From positions 1 to 34,311 of the IMG/VR virus record IMGVR_UViG_3300046170_000303: a stretch of 34,311 bases of DNA. One strand, given 5' to 3'. The translations under genes and the position numbers were made by a program. Positions within the stretch are counted from its first letter, which is position 1; every line of letters starts with the position of its first letter. The DNA comes from a virus. Taxonomy: Duplodnaviria; Caudoviricetes. The notes beneath the pieces were generated by a model. That model searched no databases. It saw only the letters and a list, made by a program, of their open reading frames with translations, and was not told where the DNA came from. Of this stretch, positions 1 to 10,151 are shown in pieces.

Positions 1-1897
1 GCTCGACTATTATCTTGGTGAGCCTTTAGGCAACGAACTTGAAGGCAAATCACAGGTTATTTCAACTGAAGTTGCCGATACAGTTGAACAGATCATGCCG
101 TCACTCATGCGTATTTTCTGCGGCTCTGACAAATATGTGCGCTTTGCCCCGCGTTCGGCTGAAGATACTGAAGCGGCTGAACAGATCAGCGACTATGTGA
201 ACTACATAATCAGCCACGACAATAACGGCTATCGCATTATTGATAACTGGTTGCGTGATTCTTTGCTCTTTAAGCTGGGCGTCCTGAAGTTCTATTATGA
301 CGACACAACGACCGTTGAAGAAGCCGAATATGAAAATCTGACTGATGCTGAACTAGCTTTGCTACTGGCAAATCCTGATGTTGAAGTTGTCGAGCAGGCC
401 GAAAACATAACTGAAGTTATGAACGAAATGGGCATGCTTGAGCCGGTCACAGAAAGCTATGATCTGCGCGTCAAGATTCAGAAAAAATCTGGCAAAGTTA
501 AAATCGAAAACGTCCCGCCGGAAGAATTTTTGTTTAACCGGCGCGCAAAGTCTTTACAGGATGCCCGCTTCATCTGCCATCGGACATCGATGTCCATCAG
601 CGATTTGGTCAGTATGGGCTATGACATAGATGAGATCGAAGAACATGCCGGTTATTCGCAAGTTGAAAACGAAGAAGAACGCGATGTTCGTTTTGGCGAT
701 CTGGGCGCGGCAACCGAAACTGATCCAGCCGACGAAAGCCAGCGACAGGTCGCGGTCTTTGAAAGCATTGTCTTGGTCGATGCCGATGGCGACGGTATAT
801 CAGAGCGCCGCCGCGTTTTGTCGATCGGTGATAGCGGCGAGCATGTTCTGGAAAACGAAATAACAGACCATATACCATTTGCTGTTATCAGCCCGATCCT
901 GCAAAGCCACAGGCTTGTCGGCAGAAGCATCTTTGATCTGACTAAAGATTTGCAAGTCATCAAATCGACTTTGATGCGGCAATATCTGGACGCTACATAT
1001 CTAACGGTTAATCCGCGCACAGTGGCAGTCGAAAATCAGGTTAATATCGATGATCTGCTTGACTCGACGGCTGGCGGAATCGTGAGGGTTCGCTCTGCTG
1101 GTGCAGTGCAAATGCTTAACGGCAATGGCGTTGGCTCTGAAGTTCAGCCATTGATGCGCTATATGGACGAAGTAAAAGAAGCGCGCACCGGCATGAGTAA
1201 AGCCAGCGCTGGTCTATCGCCCGAAGTGCTTCAAAGCACAACAGCTTCGGCAGTTGCGGCAGTTACTAAAGGCGCAAGTCAAAAGCTTGAGTCATATGCC
1301 AGAACCATTGCTGAAACTGGCATGAAAGACCTTTTCAAAGGCATCTTGCTTTTGATTACGAAATACCAACAGCAAGAGCGCATCGTGCGTTTGCGCAATA
1401 AGTTTGTGCCGGTCGACCCACGCGAGTTTGACAGCGAGTTTGATGTGGTTGTCAATGTTGGCTTGGGTACGGCAGACGACGAACAAAAGATCGCTTTCTT
1501 ACAAGCAATCGCCGCAAAGCAAGAGCAGATATTGATGCAGATGGGCGCTAACAACCCACTATGCTCAATGGAGCAATATGCACAGACATTGCGCGAGATT
1601 GCCGAAATCGGCGGCTTCAAAGACAGTGGTAAATTCTTTAACGACCCGATGCAGATTGCACAGCTAAAGCAACAGGCTCAAGCTAACCAGCAACAACAGC
1701 CATCGCCTGAAGTTGTCAAAGCACAGCAAGATTACGAATTGAAGAAGATGAAGATCGAAGCTGAAATCCAGCTAGACCGTGAAAAAATGGAAGCTGAATT
1801 GCAGTTGCGCCGCGAAGAACTGGCGCTTGAAAGTCAGTTGAGAACAGCCAAAGCAATAACAGACGCAGAAATAAGCACAAATCTGCCACGCGTATGA
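1..1897 (+). CDS. Portal protein (3' part; starts at 34211 across the junction, 665 aa total)
   Basis: Junction reads ...DRIKA-LDYYLGEPLGNE...VEQIMPSLMRIF; P22-like portal features (ENVPPEEF, Q-rich coiled-coil C-terminus); follows terL region. Confidence 0.92.
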   Translation, partial: LDYYLGEPLGNELEGKSQVISTEVADTVEQIMPSLMRIFCGSDKYVRFAPRSAEDTEAAEQISDYVNYIISHDNNGYRIIDNWLRDSLLFKLGVLKFYYDDTTTVEEAEYENLTDAELALLLANPDVEVVEQAENITEVMNEMGMLEPVTESYDLRVKIQKKSGKVKIENVPPEEFLFNRRAKSLQDARFICHRTSMSISDLVSMGYDIDEIEEHAGYSQVENEEERDVRFGDLGAATETDPADESQRQVAVFESIVLVDADGDGISERRRVLSIGDSGEHVLENEITDHIPFAVISPILQSHRLVGRSIFDLTKDLQVIKSTLMRQYLDATYLTVNPRTVAVENQVNIDDLLDSTAGGIVRVRSAGAVQMLNGNGVGSEVQPLMRYMDEVKEARTGMSKASAGLSPEVLQSTTASAVAAVTKGASQKLESYARTIAETGMKDLFKGILLLITKYQQQERIVRLRNKFVPVDPREFDSEFDVVVNVGLGTADDEQKIAFLQAIAAKQEQILMQMGANNPLCSMEQYAQTLREIAEIGGFKDSGKFFNDPMQIAQLKQQAQANQQQQPSPEVVKAQQDYELKKMKIEAEIQLDREKMEAELQLRREELALESQLRTAKAITDAEISTNLPRV

Positions 1898-2346
1898 TCT
1901 ACCGCCGAATGACTGCGAAAGACATTCCGGCGATGATCGCTTTGGGTGCTGAAATGCACGCTGAAGGTGCATTCGCTGGTTTAGAATATTGCAAAGATAA
2001 ATGTCGCCGCTTTGGTGAGCGTTATATCAACAACCCGCAAACGCATTTCGGCTTTTGCGCTTATGACGAAGATCAGTTGGTCGGCATGATTATGGGCGAC
2101 ATTAGCCTTTATTATTTTGGCAATGACAAAATCGCATCTGACAAACTTTGGTATGTGCAAAAAGAGCGTCGCGGCACGATCACAGGCATTCGTCTGTTGA
2201 ATGCGTTTCGCGCTTGGGCAAAAGAAGCTGGTGCAAATGAAATCTGCATTGGTGTTTCGACAGCTTTGGATATTGACAGAACACACAAACTTTTAAGCCG
2301 GATGGGGTTCACTCATGTCGGCGGTACGTTTAAGGCGGCACCATGA
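1894..2346 (+). CDS. GNAT-family acetyltransferase
   Basis: N-terminal IYRRMTAKDIPAM, WYVQKERRG..GIRLL acetyl-CoA loop, C-terminal RMGF motif; ATGA overlap with portal. Confidence 0.8.
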   Translation: MIYRRMTAKDIPAMIALGAEMHAEGAFAGLEYCKDKCRRFGERYINNPQTHFGFCAYDEDQLVGMIMGDISLYYFGNDKIASDKLWYVQKERRGTITGIRLLNAFRAWAKEAGANEICIGVSTALDIDRTHKLLSRMGFTHVGGTFKAAP

Positions 2347-3617
2347 TAAAGCTAAACAAAGACACATTGGAGTTTGAGTTTATCGACACCCTCACTTGCC
2401 ATTGTGGCGGTGGTAGCGATGACTCTGGCGGCGGCAACGATAGCCAGCCGACCGGCGAGTTTCTTGGAAATGCTGAAGATGGTTCTGCGCGCTTTTCTGG
2501 CAATCAGGAAGCTTATGATCGCGACAATAATAGAAACAATCAGGCCGAAGCACAACGTCAGGCTGGTGAACAGCGCGCACGCGTAGAAGAAGCCGCCCGC
2601 CAGCAAGCGGCGGCTGAAGCGGCACAAGCGCAATTAGCTGACGCAAGAGAAAATTCATTTCGCCAGCAAGCACAGATGGCGGTTGCAAACCAGCAAGCGC
2701 AGGCACAGAGCAACAATAATGACGCACCAATTTTAGAGCGATTTGCGGCTGATCGTGCGGCTATGTCACCAAATACTGTTCTGCCGAATGTTGCACAGTC
2801 ACAGTTTTTGAACCTACCGGCATCACAGGGCGGTCAAATTGACCTGCGCACTGGCTTGCCTGTGAATTCACAAACTTCACAAACCGCGCCAGTTGTTATG
2901 GGTGGTGGAACTAATGATATGGGTAGTAGCAACCCTATCACTGATCTAACGGTAGCTGGCAGGCCGGATGTCTATAAAGACAAAGTTATTCGTGACGCTG
3001 GCAATGATGCAATGGCGCAGGCTGATGGCTTTGCTAACGCCGAAGAACGTGACTTTTATTTTGGTCTTGCGCAAAACGCGCGTCAGGGCAACGACTATCT
3101 GGAAGAAGTGCGTCGGCTTGATGATCGCGGCTTTTTAGGCAACCAAATAGCGGCTGGCATTGGCGCTGGCGGTGTTCCTGTTCTTAACCAGAACGGTGAG
3201 ATTATGGGCGTTAATACGACCCGCGACTTTATGGGCATTCCGGTCACGACCTACACAGGCAGACCGGAGTTTGCACCAAATGCAGATGATGCAAATCGCA
3301 ATGATAATGATGACCCGATCGTGGCTTTACAGCAAAACCCGCTAACAGGCACAGAGCAATGTCCTGACGGCTATGAATTTGATGAAGATTTGCAAGCTTG
3401 CAAAATGAAATCAGAGCGCAAAACAGGCACGCGGGATACTAGCGGCGTACGTTATTATCGTGCGACATCGCTAGACAATGCGCCAGCTAATGTGCCTGCC
3501 GGTTTTGACTTTGCGGCGGCAAACAGAAACTTTGTCGATAGCTTTGCCTATAACCCGCTTAACTACCGCAAGCCGATGGGCTTGGATGGTTTCAGCAAAG
3601 TGTCGGGCTTGCTGTAA
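2343..3617 (+). CDS. Hypothetical virion/ejection-like protein with CGGG motif after a 20-aa leader
   Basis: 424 aa, low-complexity Q/A/N-rich, coupled to the GNAT gene by ATGA overlap, within the head operon. Confidence 0.55.
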   Translation: MIKLNKDTLEFEFIDTLTCHCGGGSDDSGGGNDSQPTGEFLGNAEDGSARFSGNQEAYDRDNNRNNQAEAQRQAGEQRARVEEAARQQAAAEAAQAQLADARENSFRQQAQMAVANQQAQAQSNNNDAPILERFAADRAAMSPNTVLPNVAQSQFLNLPASQGGQIDLRTGLPVNSQTSQTAPVVMGGGTNDMGSSNPITDLTVAGRPDVYKDKVIRDAGNDAMAQADGFANAEERDFYFGLAQNARQGNDYLEEVRRLDDRGFLGNQIAAGIGAGGVPVLNQNGEIMGVNTTRDFMGIPVTTYTGRPEFAPNADDANRNDNDDPIVALQQNPLTGTEQCPDGYEFDEDLQACKMKSERKTGTRDTSGVRYYRATSLDNAPANVPAGFDFAAANRNFVDSFAYNPLNYRKPMGLDGFSKVSGLL

Positions 3618-3880
3618 TGCGCGAAGGCAAGCTGAACGAAGATCGCGACCGTGGCGCGCAGGCTGAACGCTTATTGCGTGACCCGCTTTTGGTCGAAGCA
3701 TTTGACGTATTAGAAAACGAATTTATGCAAGCGTGGCGTCAATCCGCAGTCGCGGACACTGAAGCGCGTGAGCGTATCTATAATCTGTGTCAGGCGTTGG
3801 AAGGCGTTAAAGGGCATCTGAAAACGGTTGTCGACACCGGCAAACTGGCACAGGCGAATTTGGATCAACATAACAAATAG
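3617..3880 (+). CDS. Small helical head-region protein
   Basis: 87 aa, TAATG overlap with upstream gene, lies between portal region and scaffold. Confidence 0.65.
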   Translation: MREGKLNEDRDRGAQAERLLRDPLLVEAFDVLENEFMQAWRQSAVADTEARERIYNLCQALEGVKGHLKTVVDTGKLAQANLDQHNK

Positions 3881-3888
3881 GTGATTTT

Positions 3889-4908
3889 ATGGCTGACAAT
3901 TCCACACCGGAAACCAGCAATTATTCTTTGAATGACGCGGCTTCGCTTTTGATGGATTCTGTATCAGAAAAACCAGACGAGCAACTTGCCGCAGAACAGC
4001 CAGCCGATGCTGATGTTCAACCCTCTGATGATGATTATGAAGATTTTGATGCAGAAGATTCGGAAGATGAAACCGAAGCTGAAGCCGAAGAATCTGAATA
4101 TGAAGATGATGAGGAAGATGCCTTTGACGAAGATGAAGATGATGCAGATGATGAGCAACCTGTTTTTCACACCGTAAAAGTTGACGGTCAAGAAATAGAG
4201 GTCACGCTTAGCGAAGCATTAGCCGGTTATCAGAGACAAAGTGCGTTCACAAAACGTATGCAAAATCTTGCAGAAGAACGTAAATCGTTTGAGGCCGAAG
4301 CGGCTGAAACGAAGCAAATGCGGGATCAGTATGCGATTGGCTTAAACCAGTTGAGTGAAATGCTACAAACTAACGCCGGTCAAGAGCCGGATTGGAATAG
4401 CCTCAAGCAACAGTTAGAACCAATGGAATATGCCGATGCAGTTCGGTTGCACAATGAGCGAAAAGAACATCTGCGTAATGTGCAAGCGGAACAGCAACGC
4501 ATTGCCAAAGAGCAAAGCGCGGAACAGCAATATCGCTATCAGGCTCATTTAGCTAATGAGGCAGAGCGAATGCTGGACGTTATACCGGCTTGGCGTGATG
4601 AAAAGGTTCGTGAAAGCGAACGTCAAAAGGTCATCGCATACGCTAAAACGATTGGCTACACGGAAGAAGAAGTCAAGCAGGCTTCAGATCATCGTGCGGT
4701 CAAAGCTTTGTATGATTCATGGCGGCTTAGTCAGTTAGATGAAAAAGCCACCACAGCTAAAAAGCGGGTGCGTAAAGCACCGAAGATGGCAAAAGCGGGC
4801 GCTCCAAAAACTAAAGGTGAAAGCCAGAGCAGACGCCAGCGCGAGTTGCGCAAACGTCTGGATAAAGAACGCAGTATTGAATCTGCGGTTAATCTCTTAC
4901 TTGGTTAA
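3889..4908 (+). CDS. Capsid scaffolding protein
   Basis: Very acidic N-terminus, TVKVDGQEIEVTLSEALAGYQRQSAFTKR motif, coiled coil, basic C-terminus; directly upstream of capsid; RBS AGGTG. Confidence 0.85.
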   Translation: MADNSTPETSNYSLNDAASLLMDSVSEKPDEQLAAEQPADADVQPSDDDYEDFDAEDSEDETEAEAEESEYEDDEEDAFDEDEDDADDEQPVFHTVKVDGQEIEVTLSEALAGYQRQSAFTKRMQNLAEERKSFEAEAAETKQMRDQYAIGLNQLSEMLQTNAGQEPDWNSLKQQLEPMEYADAVRLHNERKEHLRNVQAEQQRIAKEQSAEQQYRYQAHLANEAERMLDVIPAWRDEKVRESERQKVIAYAKTIGYTEEEVKQASDHRAVKALYDSWRLSQLDEKATTAKKRVRKAPKMAKAGAPKTKGESQSRRQRELRKRLDKERSIESAVNLLLG

Positions 4909-4925
4909 ACTCAAAGGAGGCCATA

Positions 4926-5879
4926 ATGGCTACAGCAACCACCGCAACCGCCGTCGGCGAACGCGAAACACTTGCGGACATCATCTATAAGATTGATTCC
5001 GACGAAACCCCAATTTTTACCGCCGCTAACAAAGAAACTAGCAACGGTATTTACACTGAATGGCAAGTTCAGGAGCTTTCTGCCGCGGGACAAAATTCCG
5101 TACAGGAAGGAGCTGATATGTCGGATACTGGCGTAACAGCCACAGTCCGCATGGGTAACTATCATCAAATCTCACAAAAAGGGTATTTGATCAGTAAAAC
5201 TTTGGATAGCGTCAGCAAAGCGGGTCGCGATTCTGAAGTTGCTTATCAAAAGGTTCTAAAAGGACTTGAGCTTCGTCGCGATATTGAAAAAATCGTTGGC
5301 GACCTTAACGTTGCAAAATCTGCATCAGAGCCGCGCAAATCTGCGACTTTGATCACATGGATCACTAACGGCGACGCATCACCATCAGACATCAGCTTTG
5401 CAACCGGCGACGGTTCTGACGTTGCTGATCTGACAGGTACAGAAGCCGCTTTGACTCTTGCCAAAATTGACAATGCTATGACTCAAGCATGGCAAGACGG
5501 CGGAAACCCACGTATGCTTGTGTGTGACGCCTCAAATCGCGCCAACATCTCTGATCTGGCACAAGCTGGCACGAATATGGTCACAAATCAGGTAAATGCG
5601 ACAGCATCAAAACTGCCGCAATTTACAGGTGCCGTGTCAGTCTACATGACCGACTTTGGCACTTTGGACATTACGCCATCGCGCTTTATGTCTGACGACA
5701 AGCTGTTCCTGATCGATCCTGATTATGTGTGCATCAGCACACTGAATGGTCGCAACTTCGCTGAAAACGAAATTGCCGCCACAGGTGACGCAGAAAAGCG
5801 CCAGATCGTTTGTGAATGGTCACTGAAGGTCAAAGCACCTAAAGCGCATGCCGCAGTTATCGGCCTGTCAGGTGCTTAA
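4926..5879 (+). CDS. Major capsid protein (DUF5309/SU10-like)
   Basis: RETLADIIYKIDSDETP, EWQ, GNYHQI, ELRRDIE, YMTDFG motifs; strong RBS AAGGAGG; followed by a terminator. Confidence 0.88.
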   Translation: MATATTATAVGERETLADIIYKIDSDETPIFTAANKETSNGIYTEWQVQELSAAGQNSVQEGADMSDTGVTATVRMGNYHQISQKGYLISKTLDSVSKAGRDSEVAYQKVLKGLELRRDIEKIVGDLNVAKSASEPRKSATLITWITNGDASPSDISFATGDGSDVADLTGTEAALTLAKIDNAMTQAWQDGGNPRMLVCDASNRANISDLAQAGTNMVTNQVNATASKLPQFTGAVSVYMTDFGTLDITPSRFMSDDKLFLIDPDYVCISTLNGRNFAENEIAATGDAEKRQIVCEWSLKVKAPKAHAAVIGLSGA

Positions 5880-5905
5880 ATAGCACTTTAATAAACATCG
5901 AAAAG

Positions 5906-5929
5906 AGGCGGCTTCGGTCGCCTTTTTTT
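5906..5929 (+). terminator. Rho-independent terminator after capsid gene
   Basis: AGGCGGC-TTCG-GTCGCCT hairpin (cUUCGg tetraloop) followed by a T run. Confidence 0.9.
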
Positions 5930-5951
5930 ATTGCAAAATTGAGGTTTTAAG

Positions 5952-6278
5952 ATGGGCAAAAGAATTGTTTCGCAAAATGCGGAATCAGGCAAAACGACTT
6001 ATCTGCACGATGTAGACAATGGCAAGATGATTATTGAGTCACAGCAAAATGTTGATGGCCTGATCGAAGCTAATAAGCGTCAAGCAAACGAATGGGAGTA
6101 TGGCAAGCTAATTGGCAACACCCAAGCGCATCATCAGAAAGTCGCTGAAATCCCATCGATCATTTACATGCAGTTGCGTGAAAAATATGGCGACATGCGT
6201 GACAATCCGAAGGCATGGAAGCGTTGGTTAAACGATCCAGAAAACCGGTTTTTTAGAACAAGTGGTGGAAGCCTATGA
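5952..6278 (+). CDS. Hypothetical phage protein (post-capsid)
   Basis: 108 aa, RBS GAGG, C-terminal WLNDPENRFFRT motif of a type seen after capsid genes in podoviruses. Confidence 0.7.
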   Translation: MGKRIVSQNAESGKTTYLHDVDNGKMIIESQQNVDGLIEANKRQANEWEYGKLIGNTQAHHQKVAEIPSIIYMQLREKYGDMRDNPKAWKRWLNDPENRFFRTSGGSL

Positions 6279-6913
6279 GCATCTCAACATATGCAGAACT
6301 GCAAACGGCTGTCGCTAACTTTTTAGCGCGTAGTGACCTAACGGCACAGATTCCAGACTTCATTGCTTTGGCTGAAGGCCGTATGTCGCGCGAGTTAGAA
6401 ACGCGTTCACAGGAAAAGCGTGCAACAGCTACGCTTACAACCGGCGATGAGTTTATTGCTTTGCCACCCGATATGAGAGAAATCCGCGAAGTAAAATTGA
6501 ACACAAGCCCGATCACTGTGCTTGAATATAAAAGCCCGACCGCGCTTGATACAGATTATGCAACCGGATCAAGTGGCAAGCCACAAGCATATTCGATCAT
6601 TGGTTCAGAGTTAAAAATGCGGCCTGTGCCGGATGACACCTACACTGCCGAAATCGTTTATATTGGAAGCCTAACTGCGCTTTCAGACAGCAACGTTACA
6701 AACAATGTTTTGTCCCGCCATCCAGACGCTTATTTAGCTGGGGCGCTCTCAGAAGCATACACATATCTAATGGATGAACAGCGTGCGCAAATTTACGACA
6801 CGAAGTTTACCAGAGCGATTGCCGAAATCCAGAAAGACGAACAGCGCGCACATTACGGCACAGGCACGCTTCAAATGCAGTCAATTTATCAACGCCAAAA
6901 TGCAAGCGCGTAG
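6275..6913 (+). CDS. Head-tail adaptor / tail tubular protein A-like
   Basis: ISTYAELQTAVANFLARSDLT..IPDFIALAE and HPDAYL motifs; position after capsid. Confidence 0.75.
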   Translation: MSISTYAELQTAVANFLARSDLTAQIPDFIALAEGRMSRELETRSQEKRATATLTTGDEFIALPPDMREIREVKLNTSPITVLEYKSPTALDTDYATGSSGKPQAYSIIGSELKMRPVPDDTYTAEIVYIGSLTALSDSNVTNNVLSRHPDAYLAGALSEAYTYLMDEQRAQIYDTKFTRAIAEIQKDEQRAHYGTGTLQMQSIYQRQNASA

Positions 6914-6922
6914 GAGCATATC

Positions 6923-7309
6923 ATGTCAGGAATGAGCGATTATTTAGAGAACGTTTTCTTATCACACTTCACCGGCACAAGTTCAACATCTGCGCCATCT
7001 GCCGTCTATGTCGGTCTGTCAACAGGATCGATGGCTGATGACAACAGTGGCACCGAACTATCGGGCAATAACTATTCACGCAAAGCTGTGACCTTTGCCG
7101 CCGCATCAGGCGGTTCAATATCAAGCAATGCCGCAGTCGAATTTGACGCCGCATCAGGCTCATGGGGTACGATTTCGCATTGGGCGATATACGATGCTTC
7201 AACGTCAGGCAATCAGCTTTTTCACGGTAGCTTTTCGCAAAGTAAAGCAATCGGTTCGGGCGATATTCTTAAAATAGCAAGCGGCTCACTGACCATCACA
7301 GCCGCTTAA
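6923..7309 (+). CDS. Tail-associated structural protein
   Basis: MSDYLEN..., ELSGNNYSRKAVTF, WGTISHWAIYDA..GN motif; RBS AGGAG. Confidence 0.7.
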   Translation: MSGMSDYLENVFLSHFTGTSSTSAPSAVYVGLSTGSMADDNSGTELSGNNYSRKAVTFAAASGGSISSNAAVEFDAASGSWGTISHWAIYDASTSGNQLFHGSFSQSKAIGSGDILKIASGSLTITAA

Positions 7310-7320
7310 AGGGGCTAACA

Positions 7321-8046
7321 ATGGCATTGGGTATTCCGAATCTTGACCAGATTACAACAGCGCTTGATAGCATTGTTGGCAGTCTTGACACCGATGCTGA
7401 TCTGCACAAAGTCGAATGGTCAAACCCTACGCTTGACCAGCTTGACAGTTGGGGAACGCTTGAACAGCTAGACAGTTATGGCAACTTAGACGCGCTGACT
7501 TCACTTGCTGTTTTGCAGGCATCCGCAACGGCGGCAACGTCTGCAACGGCAACGGCTGAACTGGTATTTGCAATCGAAGTTGAAGCAACAGTTTCGACAT
7601 CGGCAACAGCTACAGCAACGCCGACTCGCATCGTTCAGATGGCGGCATCGGTTGCTTCGGTTGGCTCAGTAAGTGCCACAGCCACAGCGATCAAGATACC
7701 GGTTGCCAGCGCGTCGGTAACAGCTACAGCAACAGCGTCAGCGACACCAGTTCGCCAGCTAGTAGCAAGCGCCAGCACATCGGCAAGCGTTTCGGCTTCG
7801 GCAAATGTTGTCATCACGGCATCGGCTTCGGTCGATACAAGCGCATCAACATCTGCATCACCGGTTGCTGAATTTGCAATGACGGCGACCGCCGCGTGCG
7901 CAGTGTCCAGCACCGTTATTGGCAAAGTGCTTGGTGAAGATTGGTCATTGGTTGGCGTTGGTTCGGAAACTTGGACAGACATCACGGCTGGCTCTGAAGT
8001 GTGGAGTCAAGTTTCGGCAGGCACAGAGGTTTGGTTACAGCAATGA
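7321..8046 (+). CDS. Ala/Ser/Thr-rich structural (fibre/spike-like) protein
   Basis: Repeated alternating A-S/T beta-strand units; C-terminal repeated W..V..GSE motif. Confidence 0.6.
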   Translation: MALGIPNLDQITTALDSIVGSLDTDADLHKVEWSNPTLDQLDSWGTLEQLDSYGNLDALTSLAVLQASATAATSATATAELVFAIEVEATVSTSATATATPTRIVQMAASVASVGSVSATATAIKIPVASASVTATATASATPVRQLVASASTSASVSASANVVITASASVDTSASTSASPVAEFAMTATAACAVSSTVIGKVLGEDWSLVGVGSETWTDITAGSEVWSQVSAGTEVWLQQ

Positions 8047-9497
8047 TAAACTTTGGCGAATGGCTACCTGACCAGCCCGATTTGAATAATAAAGGCGTAA
8101 CAGTAGCAAAAAACGTAATTCCAGCCGCCGCAGGCTATCGCGGGCTTAATTCGTTTGAGGCAGTATCAAATGCCGCCACAGATAACTTAAAAGGCATTTT
8201 TGCGGCAAAAGATAATGCTGACAATGTAAGCTTGTTCGCTGGCGACTCTGGCAAGTTATACGCATTTAACGCTGGCACAAATGCGCTGGATGACAAAAGC
8301 AAAGGCGGCGGCTATAGCCTGACATCAAAAGAAAAGTGGCGGTTTGTGCAGTTTGGCACAAGCGTTATCGCGGCAGGCGGTATTGGCGAGACTTTACAAA
8401 AGTGGACGCTTGGCAGTTCATCAGCTTTTGCCGATGTAGCTAACTCGCCGCCAAAAGCAGACTTTATTGCAGTCGTTCGCGATCAGGTCTGGTTGGCTAA
8501 TATTGACGAAGGTAGCGGGCGCGTGCCGTTCAGAACACGTTGGTCTGCAATCAACGATGAAACAGGATGGACGACCGGAACGAACCAATCTGACTTTCAG
8601 GACATCGTAGATGCTGGTGCTATCACTGGGCTGGTTGGTGGTTCTTATGCTGTAATTTTGCTAGAACGCGGGATCGCGACAGCGACCTATGTTGGTAGCC
8701 CATTGATCTATCAGATCGATCGTATTGAAAATGCGCGTGGCTGTAATTACGCCGGATCAGTAGCATCAATCGGAAGGCTGGTTTTCTATTTGTCAGACGA
8801 TGGCTTTTACGCCTTCGACGGTCAGAAAAGCAACGCCATAGGTGCTGAAAAGGTCAATAAGTGGTTTTTTGATAACTTCAACTCAGCGCATATTGATAAG
8901 ATGTCAGCCGCTATTGACCCGACGAACCAGATTGTCGCTTGGTCTTTTGTGTCAAATGACTCAGTCGGCGGGACGCCTGATAAAATTCTTATTTATAACT
9001 ATGCTGTCGGCAAATGGTCATATGCAGAAGTTGAAGCAGATTTAATCGCGCCGTTCTTCACAGCCGGTTACACATTAGAAGCACTTGATAATTTGTCATC
9101 ATCGATTGATAGCCTGCCTGCATCTTTGGACAGCCCGCTTTTCAAAGGTGGATCGTTCTTGTTTGGTGGATCGCTAAACAAAAAGATTTATGGTTTCACA
9201 GGCCAGCCACTACCGGCGACTATTGAAACCGGTGAGTTCACTTTGACAAATGGGCGTCACACATTGGTTGCGCGAACGGTTCCATATTTCAGAGATGGTT
9301 CGGTCACAATGCAAGTCGGCGTGCGGGATAGGCAAGATGATGCAGTAACTTTTGACACAGCATCAAGCCTGACAGATGAAGGCTTTTGTGAACATCGCGT
9401 TCAGGGCAGATTCCATCGCGCCCGCATGAACATCTCAGGCGATTGGGATTTTGCGCAGGGATTAGATATTGAGGGCAGACCACTTGGCAGACGTTAA
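8043..9497 (+). CDS. Tail nozzle / tail tubular protein B (P22 gp10-like)
   Basis: Likely start MINFGEWLPDQP at 8043 (ATGA overlap); beta-propeller-like, RWSAIND..W, FYLSDDGFY motifs. Confidence 0.75.
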   Translation: MINFGEWLPDQPDLNNKGVTVAKNVIPAAAGYRGLNSFEAVSNAATDNLKGIFAAKDNADNVSLFAGDSGKLYAFNAGTNALDDKSKGGGYSLTSKEKWRFVQFGTSVIAAGGIGETLQKWTLGSSSAFADVANSPPKADFIAVVRDQVWLANIDEGSGRVPFRTRWSAINDETGWTTGTNQSDFQDIVDAGAITGLVGGSYAVILLERGIATATYVGSPLIYQIDRIENARGCNYAGSVASIGRLVFYLSDDGFYAFDGQKSNAIGAEKVNKWFFDNFNSAHIDKMSAAIDPTNQIVAWSFVSNDSVGGTPDKILIYNYAVGKWSYAEVEADLIAPFFTAGYTLEALDNLSSSIDSLPASLDSPLFKGGSFLFGGSLNKKIYGFTGQPLPATIETGEFTLTNGRHTLVARTVPYFRDGSVTMQVGVRDRQDDAVTFDTASSLTDEGFCEHRVQGRFHRARMNISGDWDFAQGLDIEGRPLGRR

Positions 9498-9807
9498 TTT
9501 TAGACGGCTTCCGGTAGAGGCCAACAACCCGCGTGAAATCAGTCAGGTCGTCAACAACATTCTTGATGGCAAACTTAACAGCACCGGCACTGTAACGCTT
9601 GCGGCATCAGCCACATCGACAGCCGTAGCAGATGAGCGCGCAGGCTCAACAAGCATCATTTTATTGATGCCAACAACGGCAAACGCGGCGGCAGAGATTG
9701 GCGCAGGCACAGCATATATCAGCGCCCGCACAAAGCGATCATTTACGATCACGCACGCAAACAATAGCCAGTCAGATCGCACTTTCGGCTATGTCGTTAT
9801 TGGATGA
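9484..9807 (+). CDS. Small tail protein (needle/plug position)
   Basis: TTG start at 9484 after GAGG; follows the nozzle gene. Confidence 0.55.
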   Translation: MADVNFRRLPVEANNPREISQVVNNILDGKLNSTGTVTLAASATSTAVADERAGSTSIILLMPTTANAAAEIGAGTAYISARTKRSFTITHANNSQSDRTFGYVVIG

Positions 9808-10150
9808 ATGGAGCCGATGTTCAGAGTGGATTGAAGCGGCTCTGGCACATGCACACGGCAGTCATACGCTTCAAGATGTTTTAGACATTGTTGTTAAAGG
9901 CGATGCGCAGTTCTGGCCTTTCGACGATGCGGCAATCGTAACAGAAATAATACGCTACCCACAGCGCACAACATTGCGCTTTTGGTTAGCCGGTGGAAAT
10001 TTTGAAACATTGGCAGAGGCAGAGCCGAAGCTGATTAATTGGTCAAAGCAATTTGACTGCACATCTGTCGAAATCGTCGGCAGGCGCGGATGGGTTCGGG
10101 CTTTGGATGGCTACGAAGCAACCGCGACAATTATGGCAAAGGATTTTTGA
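9791..10150 (+). CDS. GNAT-like virion assembly protein
   Basis: Start MSLLDEW at 9791; AIVTEIIRYP, FWLAGG, IVGRRGWVRAL.GY motifs; occupies the P22 gene 14 / T7 gene 13 position before the ejection genes. Confidence 0.6.
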   Translation: MSLLDEWSRCSEWIEAALAHAHGSHTLQDVLDIVVKGDAQFWPFDDAAIVTEIIRYPQRTTLRFWLAGGNFETLAEAEPKLINWSKQFDCTSVEIVGRRGWVRALDGYEATATIMAKDF

Positions 10151-10151
10151 T

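Noticed and set aside
7500-7920. DNA-level tandem repeat in the Ala/Ser/Thr-rich gene
   Set aside because: GCA/TCG/ACA periodicity follows from amino-acid composition; no exact long repeat seen
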